A stretch of 64,000 nt of DNA from an uncultured Actinomycetota bacterium (GTDB taxonomy: Bacteria; Actinomycetota; Actinomycetes; JACCUZ01): the NCBI GenBank assembly GCA_963789855.1, contig CAWBMM010000018.1:736-64735 (forward strand), in the 5' to 3' direction. Under the pieces are notes generated by a model. It was given only the letters and a program-made list of their open reading frames with translations. It did not search any database and was not told the DNA's origin. A program made the translations under genes and the position numbers. Below, piece by piece: positions 38,528 through 50,057 of the stretch (position 1 is the stretch's first letter; each line of letters starts with the position of its first letter).

Positions 38528-39264
38528 TGGGCGAGCTGGCCGTCGTGATCGACCGGTCCAGCCCGGTGCCGCTGTGGTTCCAGGCGGCCGGCCAGGTCGA
38601 GGCAGCCATCGCCCGGGGCGACCTCGCCCCCGGTGACCGGTTGGACAACGAGGTCGACCTGGCGGCCCGGTGGGGGCTGTCCCGCCCGACGGTCCGGCAG
38701 GCCATCGAGGATCTGGTGGCCAAGGGGCTGCTGGTGCGCAAGCGCGGTGTCGGTACCCAGGTGGTGCACGGCGGGCTGAAGCGCTCGCTCGAGCTGAGCA
38801 GCCTGTACGACGACCTCGCGGCGGCCCGCCGGCGGCCGGGCACCCGGGTGCTCTCGTTCGGCACCGAGGCGGCCGACGCCACGACCGCGAGCGCCCTCGG
38901 GTTGTCCGTCGGCGACCCGGTGGTGGCGGTGCGCCGGGTCCGGACCGCGGGTGGTGAGCCCCTCGCCGTGCTGGCCAACTGGCTGCCGGCCGACCTGGTC
39001 GGCTTCACCGCGGCCGACCTCGAGGCCGGTGGCCTCTACGCGCTGCTCCGGGCCGGCGGGGTGCACCTGCGAGTGGCCAACCAGCGGATCAGCGCCCTGG
39101 CCGCCGACGCGGAGCAGGCCCGGCTGCTGGGCCTCCGGCGCGGTGCGCCGCTGCTGAGCATGAGCCGCACGACGTACGACGACAGCGGTCGACCGGTCGA
39201 GCTGGGCAGCCACGTCTACCGCCCCGACGGCTACTCCGTCGAGGTGCGGCTGGTGTCCCGCTGA
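38528..39264 (+). CDS. GntR/HutC-family regulator (IolR-like)
   Basis: IDRSSPVPLWFQ, SRPTVRQAI, RKRGVGT, UTRA C-terminus; divergent from the iol operon. Confidence 0.9.
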
Positions 39265-39297
39265 GGCCGCGCGGTGACCGGCCGTCGGGTCAGCCGG

Positions 39298-40050
39298 TCA
39301 GCCGGGTGCCAGCCGTGCGATGCCGTCGGCCATCAGCCGGCGGGCCAGCCCTGCCCGGCGGACCCGGGCCGCGGCCGTCAGGCGCACCGGCTCGCCGCGG
39401 CGGCGGCTGCCGATCTCGGCCACCAGCTCCGGCGGCACCCCGAACCTGGACAGCCGGGGCAGGGCGTCGCCCTTGGTGAGCAGCGTGCCGTCGGCCAGCG
39501 TCGCCTCGACCCGCACCAGGGTGATCAGGCCCAGGTCGACGTAGACGTCCTGCAGCCACAGGTACGGCTTGCGGACCGCTCCGGCCCAGTAGCCCGAGAG
39601 CTCCGCCCGGGCGGCGTCGCGCAGCCCTTGCTCGCTGACCGGCGGGAGCACCTCGACCGGCTCGGGGCCGTAGACCGTGACGCCGAACCGCAGCAGCTCG
39701 GCCCGCACCACTCCGGTCACCGGCCGTCGGAAGAGCTCGCGATGGGCCCAGCACAGGTGCGCAGCCGCGACGTCGGCGACCTCGTGCCGCGGCAGGTAGG
39801 CGCAGTGCAGCCCGGTCGCCAACGGCTGCTCGGCCAGCAGGGTGGTGTGCAGCGCGGTCAGCCGGTCCTGCTGGGCAGCGCTGAGCGGCGCGGCGACGAG
39901 GGCGACCAGGTCGAGGTCGCTCCGGCCGGGCTGGTAGTCGCCGGTGGCGAGCGAGCCCCCGACCCAGAACGCCGTGACGTCGGCAACCGGTCGAACCAGC
40001 TCCGCGAAGTCGGCCACCAGGTCCCGCGCTCCCCCGGGCAGCTCGCTCAC
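39298..40050 (-). CDS. Pol-beta-type nucleotidyltransferase (aminoglycoside adenylyltransferase-like)
   Basis: WVGGSLATGDYQPGRSDLDLVA (GS..DxD motif), C-terminal LTKGDA. Confidence 0.75.
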   Translation of the reverse strand: MSELPGGARDLVADFAELVRPVADVTAFWVGGSLATGDYQPGRSDLDLVALVAAPLSAAQQDRLTALHTTLLAEQPLATGLHCAYLPRHEVADVAAAHLCWAHRELFRRPVTGVVRAELLRFGVTVYGPEPVEVLPPVSEQGLRDAARAELSGYWAGAVRKPYLWLQDVYVDLGLITLVRVEATLADGTLLTKGDALPRLSRFGVPPELVAEIGSRRRGEPVRLTAAARVRRAGLARRLMADGIARLAPG

Positions 40051-40226
40051 CGCTCGGGCGAGTACGTCGACATCAGCCCGCCCCTCTCCGCCGACCCGGG
40101 GCTCCACCCTGGCCGCCGCGGCCGGGCACCGTCAACGCGGCAGCGGCCGACCAGCCCGCCGACCAGCTTTCGACCACCTGTCCGCGGCGCTGTTTCGCCC
40201 ACCCAGCGGGTGGAACGGGGGGCAGA

Positions 40227-40505
40227 TGAGCTTCAGCACACCGAGCGCCGTGCCCTCCGCGACGGCCTGCCGGGTCCTCCAGGTGCACGGTCGGCGACCG
40301 CGTTGCCCTGACCGACTTCGAGGGGGACGTCGCGTTCGTGCTCGACCTCGGCGACGGCTACCTGGTGTCGGGGGCCGGCCGGGCCCACGGCGACCTCGTG
40401 CGCTTCCACGAGAAGGACATGGAGCACAACGGGAAGGACATCCGGGTCTGGCACGTCCGGCAGGAGGGCGCCGACTTCCTGGCCGAGCAGGCCGCGACGT
40501 TCTGA
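40227..40505 (+). CDS. Small hypothetical protein (~90 aa, frameshifted)
   Basis: Coding-like pieces VGDRVALTDFEGDVAFVLDLGDGYLVSG and HGDLVRFHEKDMEHNGKDIRVWHVRQEGADFLAEQAATF*. Confidence 0.45.
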
Positions 40506-40546
40506 GCTCCCGGTCGGAGCAGCGTCAGGTCAGGTCAAGGGTGAGG

Positions 40547-43053
40547 TCAGGTCGTGCCGCTGGTGACCCGGTAGACGTCGTACACCCCGTCGACCCCGCG
40601 CACCGCCCGCAGCACGTGACCCAGGTGCTTCGGGTCGCCCATCTCGAAGGTGAACCGGGACATCGCGACCCGGTCGCGGGTCGTGGTGACCGAGGCCGAC
40701 AGGATGTTGACGTGCTGGTCGGACAGCACCCGCGTGACGTCCGACAGCAGCCGCGACCGGTCGAGGGCCTCGACCTGGATGGCCACCAGGAACACCGAGG
40801 ATGCCGACGGCGCCCACTCGACCTCGACCATCCGGTCCGGCTGGGAGCGCAGCGCCACGGCGTTCACGCAGTCGGCCCGGTGCACCGAGACCCCGCTGCC
40901 CCGCGTCACGAAGCCGACGATGCCGTCGCCCGGGACCGGGGTGCAGCAGCGCGCGAGCTTGACCCAGACGTCGGAGGCGCCCTTCACCACGACGCCGGGG
41001 TCGGTGGCGGCCCGGCGGCGGGTGCGGTTGCCGGGGGTGACGACCTCGGCGAGGTCCTCGGTGGCGCCCTCCTCGCCGCCGAGCGACTCGACGAGCCGCG
41101 CGCACGACCGACTGCGCCGACACGTGGCTGTCGCCGATCGCGGCGTACAGCGCGGAGATGTCGGGGTAGCGCAGCTCGTGGGCCAGCGGCACCGAGCGTC
41201 TCGCCGGTCAGCAGCCGCTGGATCGGCAGGTTCTGCTTGCGCATCGCCTTGGTGATGGCGTCCTTGCCCTGCTCGATGGCCTCCTCGCGGCGCTCCTTGG
41301 AGAACCAGCCGCGGATCTTGTTCCGGGCGCGCGGGCTGGCTGACGAAGGTCAGCCAGTCGCGGCTGGGCCCGGCGCCCTGGGCCTTGGAGGTGAAGACCT
41401 CGACCAGGTCGCCGTTGTCCAGCGTGCTCTCCAGCGGCACCAGGCGTCCGTTGACCCGGGCGCCGATACAGCGGTGACCGACCTCGGTGTGCACGGCGTA
41501 GGCGAAGTCGACGGGCGTCGACCCGGCCGGCAGCGCGATCACGTCGCCCTTGGGGGTGAAGACGAAGACCTCGCTGCCGCCTGAGGTCGAAGCGCAGGCG
41601 CTCGAGGAACTCGCCCGGGTCCTCGGTCTCGCGCTGCCAGTCCAGCAGCTGGCGCAGCCAGGCCATGTCGTTGGCCGCGCCCGGTGAGGTCTCGCCCTTG
41701 CCCCCGCGGGCTCCGGCGGCGGCGGCCGACTGGGCGGGTCCTCCTTGTACTTCCAGTGCGCCGCGACGCCGTACTCGGCCCGCCGGTGCATCGCGAAGGT
41801 CCGGATCTGCAGCTCGACCGGCTTGCCCTCGGGCCCGATGACCGTCGTGTGCAGCGACTGGTACATGTTGAACTTGGGCATCGCGATGTAGTCCTTGAAC
41901 CGGCCGGGCACCGGGTTCCACCGCGCGTGGATGCTGCCGAGGACCGCGTAGCAGTCGCGGACCGAGTCGACGAGGATGCGGATGCCGACCAGGTCGTAGA
42001 TGTCGGCGAAGTCGCGGCCGCGCACGATCATCTTCTGGTAGATCGAGTAGTAGTGCTTCGGCCGGCCGGTGACCTGGCCCGGATCTTCGCGTTCTTCAGG
42101 TCGCCCGTCGACGCTGCTCGATGACGCCGGCGAGGTAGTCGTCGCGGCTGGGCGACCGGTCGCTGACCAGCCGCACGATCTCGTCGTAGACCTTGGGGTA
42201 GAGGGTCGCGAAGGCGAGGTCCTCCAGCTCCCACTTCAGCGTGTTCATGCCGAGCCGGTGGGCCAGCGGCGCGTAGATCTCCAGCGTCTCGCGGGCCGAC
42301 CGCTCGCTGCCGACGGCGGGCTTGACGTACTTGATGGTGCGCATGTTGTGCAGCCGGTCGGCCAGCTTGATGACCAGCACCCGGATGTCGCGGGCCATCG
42401 CGACGACCATCTTGCGCACGGTCTCGGCCTGCGCCGACTCGCCGTAGTTGACCCGGTCGAGCTTGGTGACGCCGTCGACCAGGTGGGCGACCTCGTCGCC
42501 GAAGTCGGCCCGCAGCGCCTCCAGCGTGTACGTCGGTGTCCTCGACGGTGTCGTGCAGCAGCGCGGCGCACAGGGTGGGCGGCGTCATGCCCAGCTCGGC
42601 CAGGATCGTGGTGACGGCCAGCGGGTGGGTGATGTACGGGTCGCCGCTCTTGCGCAGCTGGCCGCGGTGGTGCCGCTCGGCCACCGCGTAGGCCTGCTCG
42701 AGGACCCGCAGGTCGGCCTTGGGGTGGGTCTGCCGGACGACCCGGAACAGCGGCTCCAGGACGGGGTTGGCGCTCGGCCGCTGCGCCCCCAGCCGAGCCA
42801 GCCTGGCCCGCACCCGGCGACTGGGCGGGGCCGTGACGGCCAGTGCCGGCTCCACGTCGAGCTCGGTGCTGCCGGTGTCGGTGCTGCTGGGGGGCTCCGG
42901 CGCCGGCTCGGCAGCCGCGTCGCCAGAGCCGGCGGCCGCGTCGACCTCGGCGGGCGGTGGCGCCGCCACCGCGGCGGTCCGGACGGGCGCCCCGGGCCGG
43001 CCCGGCTGACCCTCGTCGAGGTCGACCGGGCTCGAGGTGGGGGCGTCGGCCAC
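40547..43053 (-). CDS. relA: Bifunctional (p)ppGpp synthetase/hydrolase Rel (frameshifted)
   Basis: [50 protein letters not shown] domain, [11 protein letters not shown] domain. Confidence 0.95.
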
Positions 43054-43140
43054 GGTGCCCCTCCAGGTCGCTCGCGCCGGTGGAGCCTCCCAGTCTACGG
43101 GGCAGGCTGTGCTGACCGGCGGGATCGAGGTCCCGGGCGC

Positions 43141-43683
43141 TCAGACGAGCAGCAGGGAGCGCGGCTCCGGTGCGTCGACTCCGGCCAGCATCTCTCGACC
43201 GGACAGGAAGCCGAGCTCGAGCAGGAAGGTGATCCCGACCACCTCGGCCCCGCACCGGCGTACCAGGTCGATGGTGGCGGCGGCGGTGCCGCCGGTGGCC
43301 AGCACGTCGTCGACGACGAGCACCCGGTCGCCCGGCGAGAACGCGTCCGAGGTCACCTCGATCGTCGCCGAGCCGTACTCGAGGTCGTACGACGCCGCGA
43401 TGACGTCGCCCGGCAGCTTGCCCTTCTTGCGCACCGGGACGAAACCCACGCCCAGCGCCCGCGCCACCGGCGCGCCGAGGATGAACCCGCGGGCCTCGAT
43501 GCCCGCCACCAGGTGCGGCGGCGTTCCCCGGTACGGCTCGGACAGCGCCTCGATGACCTCGGCGAAGGCGGCGGCGTCGGCGAGCAGCGGCGTGATGTCC
43601 TTGAAGACGATGCCCGGGTCGGGGAAGTCGGGGACGTCGCGGACCCGGTCCAGCAGCCGGGCGGTGAGCTCGGCGTCGGTCAC
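43141..43683 (-). CDS. apt: Adenine phosphoribosyltransferase
   Basis: DFPDPGIVFKDITP, EARGF, RKKGKLP, VDDVLATGGT. Confidence 0.95.
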   Translation of the reverse strand: MTDAELTARLLDRVRDVPDFPDPGIVFKDITPLLADAAAFAEVIEALSEPYRGTPPHLVAGIEARGFILGAPVARALGVGFVPVRKKGKLPGDVIAASYDLEYGSATIEVTSDAFSPGDRVLVVDDVLATGGTAAATIDLVRRCGAEVVGITFLLELGFLSGREMLAGVDAPEPRSLLLV

Positions 43684-44855
43684 CGCTTCTTCTTCTTGCG
43701 CGGCTGGCTGCGCTGGGTGCCACCGCCGGGCCGCCGCGGCGGCGCCGGTGGCCGGGCTCGGGTGGCCGCAGCCGCCGCCGCGGCGCCGGCGGCAACCGTC
43801 TCGGCCTCCGGCACGGCGTCGTCCGCCCCCGGCTGGGAGGTCGCCGACTTGGCCGCCGCCCGGCGCGCGGACGGCGTCGTCGGCTCGGCGCCCGCGCGCC
43901 GGCTGGCGACCCGCTTGGCCAGCGCCTGCATCGCGGGCTCGCGCTCCTTGAACCCGGCGAGCAGCGGCGTCGCGATGAAGATGGAGGAGTAGGCGCCGAC
44001 CGCGACACCGATGAACAGCGCCAGCGCCAGGTCCTTCAGCGGCCCGGCCCCCAGCAGCACGACACCGGCGAACAGGATGGCGGCGATCGGCAGCAGCGCG
44101 ATGATCGAGGTGTTGATCGACCGGACCAGGGTCTGGTTGACCGCGAGGTTGGCCGCCTGGCTGTAGGTCATCCGGCTGCCGCCGGCGAGCCCGGCGGTGT
44201 TCTCGCGCACCTTGTCGAACACCACGACGGTGTCGTACAGCGAGTAGCCGAGGATCGTCAGGAAGCCGATGACCGTCGCGGGTGTGACCTCGAAACCGGA
44301 CAAGGAGTAGAGCCCAGCCGTGATCACCAGGTCGTGGACCAGGGCGATCATCGCGGCGACCGCCATCTTCCACTCGAAGTACAGCGAGAGGAAGATCACC
44401 ACGAAGAGCAGGAAGAACAGCAGGGCCCGTAGGGCCTTGTTGGAGATGTCCTTGCCCCAGCTCGGCCCGACGAACTGGGTGCTCACCGAGTTGCGGCTGA
44501 CGCCGAACTCCTTGGCCAGCGCGTTCTGCACCTGCTCCAGCTCGTTGCTGGTCAGGGTCTCGGTCTGGGCCCGGACCGTGTCGTTGCCGACCGTCTGCAC
44601 GACGACCTCGGTGTTGCCCACGACGCCGGTCACGGTCTTGGTGACCTGCTGCTCGCTGACCGTCGGCGAGGTGACCCGGAACTCCGCCCCGCCGCGGAAC
44701 TCGATGCCCAGGGTCAGGCCGCGGAACAGCAGGGAGAGGATCGACACGGTCAGCACGACGGCGGAGATGGCGTACCAGACGCGGCGGCGCCCGACGAAGT
44801 CGTAGGAGACCTCCCCGCGGTAGAGCCGGGCGCCGACCGTTCCCACGCGGCTCAT
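43680..44855 (-). CDS. secF: Protein translocase subunit SecF
   Basis: LGIEFRGG, VGPSWG, GYSLYDTVVVFDKVREN, RSINTS. Confidence 0.95.
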   Translation of the reverse strand: MSRVGTVGARLYRGEVSYDFVGRRRVWYAISAVVLTVSILSLLFRGLTLGIEFRGGAEFRVTSPTVSEQQVTKTVTGVVGNTEVVVQTVGNDTVRAQTETLTSNELEQVQNALAKEFGVSRNSVSTQFVGPSWGKDISNKALRALLFFLLFVVIFLSLYFEWKMAVAAMIALVHDLVITAGLYSLSGFEVTPATVIGFLTILGYSLYDTVVVFDKVRENTAGLAGGSRMTYSQAANLAVNQTLVRSINTSIIALLPIAAILFAGVVLLGAGPLKDLALALFIGVAVGAYSSIFIATPLLAGFKEREPAMQALAKRVASRRAGAEPTTPSARRAAAKSATSQPGADDAVPEAETVAAGAAAAAAATRARPPAPPRRPGGGTQRSQPRKKKKR

Positions 44856-46699
44856 CACGCCTCCTTGACGGTGCTGGTGGCAGTGCTCGTGGCGGTGCCG
44901 GGGGCGGCGGGGGTGGCGCGGCGGCCTCTCGGCGGAGGCGTGAAGGCGGTGCGCCGGGTGGCGCCCAGGCGTTCGGGATCGAGCCCGGACCACTTGTGGC
45001 CCTGCCCGTAGAACTCGGTGCGGGCCAGGATGGTGACCAGCGGCTTGGTGAACATGAAGACCACGACGATGTCGACCAGGGTCGTCAGCCCGAGGGTGAA
45101 GGCGAAGCCGCGGACCCCGCCGACCGAGAGCACGTAGAGCACCACGGCGGCCAGGAACGACACGAAGTCGGCCGCGAGGATGGTGCGCCGGGCCCGCGCC
45201 CAGCCGGTCTCGACCGCCACCCGCAACGTCCTCCCGTCGCGGACCTCGTCGCGTATCCGTTCGAAGTAGACGACGAACGAGTCGGCGGTGATGCCGATGG
45301 CCACGATCAGGCCGGCGATGCCGGCGAGGCTGAGCCGGAAGCCGATCTGCCAGCCCAGCAGCACGACCAGGCCGTAGGTGATGATGCCCGCGACGACGAG
45401 GCTGGCCACCGTCACGAGGCCGAGACCGCGGTAGTACAGCAGCGAGTACAGGACCACGAGGAGCAGCCCCAGCAGGCCGGCGACCACGCCGGCCCTGCAG
45501 CTGGTCACCGCCCAGGGTGGCCGAGACCTCCTCGACCGACCCGGCGTCGAAGGTCAGCGGCAGCGCGCCGTACTTGAGGACGTTGGCGAGGCTGGTGGCC
45601 TCGGACTGGCTGAAGTTGCCGGTGATCTGCGCCTGGCCGCCGAGGATCGGGCCGTTGTTCAGCGACGGTGCGGACACGACGAGCCCGTCGAGCACGATGC
45701 CGAACCGGTTCTCGCGGGTCGCTGAGCGCGGCGAGCCGGCGGGTGGTGTCGCCGAACTTCTTCTTGCCGTCGCCGGTGAAGTTGAGCTGGACCTGCCAGC
45801 CGCCGGTGCTCACGCCCTGGTTGTTGGTCTCCAGCGCGGCGCTGGCGCTCTTGACGTCGGTGCCGAGGACCTCGGCCGGGCCGAGGATGTACTTCTCGAC
45901 GCCGTCGTCGGAACAGGTCACCAGCGGCTTGCTGGGCCGGTCGGCGCCCGGCTTGCGGAGCTCCTGCCGGACGGCTTCCGGGTCGGTGCAGTCGAGCTGG
46001 GAGAACTGCTGGGCCAGCGCCGGCGGTGATGTTGGCGGCGCCGGCCGACGGGTTGAGCCCGGGGCTCGCGGTGGGCGTCGGCGTGGGTGCGGGCGTCGCC
46101 GGCGGGGTGGTGGTCGCCTTGCGCAGCGCCTTGGGGACCACGGCGTTGTTGCTGCTGGTCGTCGGGCTGGGCGTGGCGGACGCCGGCGGCGAGGCCGTGC
46201 CGCTCGGGGAGGCGGTCGCGCCGGGTGACGCGCCGCCGCTCGCCGTCGGGCTGGGGGACGCGGTCGGCTGCGGCGTCGCCGCGCCGGCACCGGCGAGCCA
46301 CACCGGCCGGAACCGCAGCTGGGCGGTCTGCTGGACGGTCTTGAGGATGGACTTGTCCTGCTTGCCGGGGATCGAGATGACGATGTTGTCGCCCGCCGTG
46401 GTCACCTCGGACTCCGCGACACCGAAGCTGTCGACCCGGTTGCGGATGATCGACACCGCCTGGTTCAGCGAGTCCTTGGGCGGCGAGCCGCCGCCCTTGA
46501 CCAGGCGCGGGGTGAGGATGACGCTGGTGCCGCCCTCGAGGTCCAGGCCCAGCCGCGGCGTGAACTTGTCCGCGATCGACAGGGTCTGCTTCCCGATGGT
46601 GTCCGGAGCGACGACCAGGATCAGGCCGTAGATCAGGACGATGAGGGCCGCCAGCACCGCGATGGTGCGCCCGGGGCGCGCCCCGCTCGGTGTTGCCAC
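44855..46699 (-). CDS. secD: Protein translocase subunit SecD (frameshifted)
   Basis: [43 protein letters not shown]. Confidence 0.95.
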
Positions 46700-46778
46700 G
46701 TGGAGATCTCTTCTCTACTGGAGTGCGTACGTCGGTGCGTTCCCCCGCCGAACCGGTGCGGCCGGCGTCAAGCCTGTC

Positions 46779-47212
46779 TCAGTCGCCCGTGCTGCGGCGG
46801 CTGCCCGCGTCGGCGTCGGTCTCGACGCTGCCGGTCGGTGCGCTCTCGTCGACGCTCCCGGTCGCGCGCCCTCGTCGGCGTCGGCCCGTCGCCCTCGACC
46901 GGGTCCTCGGTGCCGTCGGTGTCGTCGGTCGTCGTGTCATCGGTCGTCTCGTCGGTGGTGTCGGCGGTCAGGATCCGGCCCACCGCTGCCTTCGCGAACC
47001 GCACGGTCACGCCGGGCGAGATCTCCAGGTGGACCGCGTCGTCGGCCACCTCGGTCACCGTGCCGTACATCCCGGCCGTGGTGACGACCTGCGCCCCGGG
47101 CTGCCAGGCGGGCCTGGAGCTGCGCGGCAGCCCGGGCCCGGTTGCGCTGGGGCCGGATGATGAGCAGGTAGAACGCCACCAGGATGAGCGCAAACGGCAG
47201 CAGAATGTCCAC
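46779..47212 (-). CDS. yajC: Preprotein translocase subunit YajC (frameshifted)
   Basis: FYLLIIRPQRNR...PGAQVVTTAGMYGTV...LEISPGVTVRF. Confidence 0.88.
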
Positions 47213-47338
47213 GACGGTGAGGATCCTTCCGAGAGGGGCAGCCGGGACAGAGTCCGGCCGGACCGGGCGGAAGTCTACCCGCCGGACCTGGGCACGACCG
47301 GCCAACGCGCGAGGCCGCCCCGCTCGGCGCAGCGCGGT

Positions 47339-48435
47339 TCAGGCGTCGTCGTCCAGCCCGTCGTCGAGGCCGGCGAACAGGTCCGGCGCGCTCGTGCTGC
47401 CGGGCCGGCCCCGGGGCGGCGTCAGCCCGAGGTGGGTCCAGGCTGCCGGGGTCGCCACCCGGCCTCTCGGCGTACGGGCCAGCAGCCCCGCCCGGACCAG
47501 GAACGGCTCGGCGACCTCCTCGACCGTCTCGCGCTCCTCCCCGACCGCCACCGCCAGGGTGGACACGCCCACCGGGCCGCCGCCGAAGCTCACGACAGGG
47601 CCCGCAGCACGCCGCGGTCGAGCCGGTCGAGGCCCATCTCGTCGACCTCGTAGACCAGCAGCGCCTCCTGCGCGACCTCCTCGGTGACCACGCCGTCGGC
47701 GCGGACCTGCGCGAAGTCGCGGACCCGACGGAGCAGCCGGTTGGCGATCCGCGGCGTGCCGCGGGACCGGCCGGCGATCTCGGTCGCGCCGCCGGGGGTG
47801 AGGTGCACGCCGAGCAGCCGGGCCGAGCGGGTGAGCACGTGCTCGAGGTCGGCGGCCTCGTAGAAGTCCATGTGGGCGGTGAAGCCGAACCGGTCGCGCA
47901 GCGGGCCGGGCAGCAGGCCGGCCCGGGTGGTGGCCCCGACCAGGGTGAACGGCGGGATCTCCAGCGGGATGGCGGTGGCGCCCGGGCCCTTGCCGACCAC
48001 GACGTCGACCCGGAAGTCCTCCATCGCGAGGTAGAGCATCTCCTCGGCCGGCCGGGACATCCGGTGGATCTCGTCGAGGAAGAGCACCTCGCCCTCGAGC
48101 AGGCTGGACAGGATGGCCGCGAGGTCCCCGGCGTGCTGGATGGCCGGCCCGCTGGTGATGCGCAGCGGCTGCTCCAGCTCGGCGGCGACGATCATCGCCA
48201 GCGTCGTCTTGCCCAGCCCGGGCGGCCCGCTGAGCAGCACGTGGTCGGGGACCCGGCCGCGGCCCTTCGCGGCGTCGAGCACCAGCCCGAGCTGCTCGCG
48301 GACCCGATGCTGGCCGATGAACTCCGCAAGGGTGCGCGGCCGCAGCGCGGCTTCGACCTGCCGCTCGTCGTCGGTGTCGGTGACCTCGAGGGCGGCGTCG
48401 ACGAGCCGCTCGGCGCCGCCCGGCTGGCTGCTCAT
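47339..48435 (-). CDS. ruvB: Holliday junction helicase RuvB (frameshifted)
   Basis: [48 protein letters not shown]. Confidence 0.96.
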
Positions 48436-49052
48436 GCCCGGCTCAACGTCCGCAGGGCCACCTTGAGCAGGGCCGCGACGTCCGGCGGCTCACCCGCTGC
48501 CGAGGCCTCGTCGGCGTACGGCGCAGCGCCGGCCACGCCGTCGTCGGCCTCGCGGGCCGACCAGCCCAGCCCCATCAGCGCGCCGTGCAGCTGGTCGCGC
48601 CAGCCGCCGGGCGCGCCGGCGGCCCGCCGGGCGGCCGGGGTGCCGCCGTGGACCGCGCCGAGCCGGTCCTTGAGCTCGAGGACGATCCGCTGGGCGCCCT
48701 TGCGGCCGATGCCGGGCACCTGCACGAGCGCGGCGAGGTCCTCGGTGGCGACGGCGCGGCGCAGCTCGTCGGGGCCGTGCACCGCGAGCATCGCCTGGGC
48801 GAGCCGCGGGCCGACCCCGCTGGCGGTCTGCAGCAGCTCGAACACGACCCGCTCGTCCTCGTCGGCGAACCCGTAGAGCGTCAGCGAGTCCTCGCGGACG
48901 ACGAGCGAGGTCGGCAGGTGGGCCTGCTCGCCGAGCCGTAGCCCGGCGAGGGTGGCCGGGGTGCACTGCAGCGACAGCCCGACCCCGCCGACCTCGACGA
49001 CGGCGCCGTCCGGGGCCAGCGCGGCGACCCGGCCCGACACGAAGGCGATCAT
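48432..49052 (-). CDS. ruvA: Holliday junction protein RuvA
   Basis: [37 protein letters not shown]. Confidence 0.95.
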   Translation of the reverse strand: MIAFVSGRVAALAPDGAVVEVGGVGLSLQCTPATLAGLRLGEQAHLPTSLVVREDSLTLYGFADEDERVVFELLQTASGVGPRLAQAMLAVHGPDELRRAVATEDLAALVQVPGIGRKGAQRIVLELKDRLGAVHGGTPAARRAAGAPGGWRDQLHGALMGLGWSAREADDGVAGAAPYADEASAAGEPPDVAALLKVALRTLSRA

Positions 49053-49571
49053 CGGGCGGCCGCCGCGGCGACGACGGCCGCGGTGATGCGGGCCTGGGCG
49101 CCCCCGCGCCAGACGTGGCAGATCGCCAGTCCGAGGGCGTCGGCGGCGTCCGCCGGCCGGGGGGCGGCCGGAAGCCGCAGGATCCTGGTCACCATGGCTC
49201 CCACCTGGGCCTTGTCGGCGCGGCCGTTGCCGGTGACGGCCGCCTTCATCTCGCTGGGGGTGTGCAGGACGACCGGCACCCCGGCCCGGGCCGCCGCCAC
49301 GATCGCGACGGCGCTGGCCTGGGCGGTGCCCATCACGGTCCGGACGTTGTGCTGGGCGAAGACCCGCTCGACCGCCACGACGTCCGGCCGGTGCTCGGCG
49401 AGCCAGGCCGTCGACGGCCCGCTCGATCGTCAGCAGCCGGCGCCCGATGTCGTCCTCGGCCGGCGTCCGGACGACGTCGACGGCCACCAGGGTCAGCGGG
49501 CGGCCGGGCGCCCCGTCGACCACGCCGAGACCGCAGCGGGTCAGGCCGGGGTCGACTCCGAGCACGCGCAC
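49049..49571 (-). CDS. ruvC: Crossover junction endodeoxyribonuclease RuvC (frameshifted)
   Basis: [39 protein letters not shown]. Confidence 0.95.
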
Positions 49572-49655
49572 GCCGTACCTCCGTCCGAACACCTGTTCGG
49601 GACGAAACTACCCGCGCCCCACCCGCCAGCCCCGCACCGACGCGCCGCCGGCTCG

Positions 49656-49782
49656 CGAGTCGCACCACCCGCGGGAGTCGACCACCCCCGGGAGTCGACC
49701 ACGTAAAGCACGGCCGCGCCCGCTTCAGCACGTCTGCCCACGTGTTGCCGCGGCGCTCAGCGTGCTTTACGTGGTCGACTCC
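49656..49782. repeat. REP-like inverted repeat preceded by two truncated direct copies
   Basis: 22-bp perfect IR GGAGTCGACCACGTAAAGCACG (49691-49712) / 49761-49782; partial GAGTCG(C)ACCAC copies just upstream. Confidence 0.85.
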
Positions 49783-49784
49783 GC

Positions 49785-49827
49785 GTCAACCGGGGTTGAC
49801 AGCGTCGGCGGGTCAACGTAGGTTGAC
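49785..49827 (+). promoter_or_regulatory. Two tandem palindromic operators GTCAAC-N4-GTTGAC
   Basis: 49785-49800 and 49812-49827, ending 4 nt before the ATG at 49832; a TTGACA -35 overlaps the first. Confidence 0.75.
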
Positions 49828-49831
49828 AGGC

Positions 49832-50056
49832 ATGAGTGCTGCACCGGACGTCGCCGAGCAGGCCACCAGCCAGGACCCCGCGGTCGGGCTGCGGGCCGTC
49901 GCAGCGCTGCGCCGGCTCGCCGACCAGCTCGAGGCGCTGCAGGTGCGCAACGCCCGCGCACAGGGCTGGTCCTGGGACGCCATCGGCGCTCTGCTCGGCG
50001 TCAGCAAGCAGGCGGTGCACAAGAAGCACGCCCGCACCGCGACCTCGGAGGGATGA
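49832..50056 (+). CDS. Small HTH protein resembling the ClpC2 N-terminal DNA-binding domain
   Basis: VRNARAQGWSWDAIGALLGVSKQAVHKKH. Confidence 0.85.
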   Translation: MSAAPDVAEQATSQDPAVGLRAVAALRRLADQLEALQVRNARAQGWSWDAIGALLGVSKQAVHKKHARTATSEG

Positions 50057-50057
50057 C

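Noticed and set aside
40190-40216. SigF/SigB-like promoter (GTTT...GGGTGG) before the small ORF
   Set aside because: Spacing and -10 match are poor and there is only one instance.
43680-45695. SecD-SecF fusion
   Set aside because: secD has its own TGA overlapping the secF ATG at 44855; the long ORF results from a frameshift inside secD.
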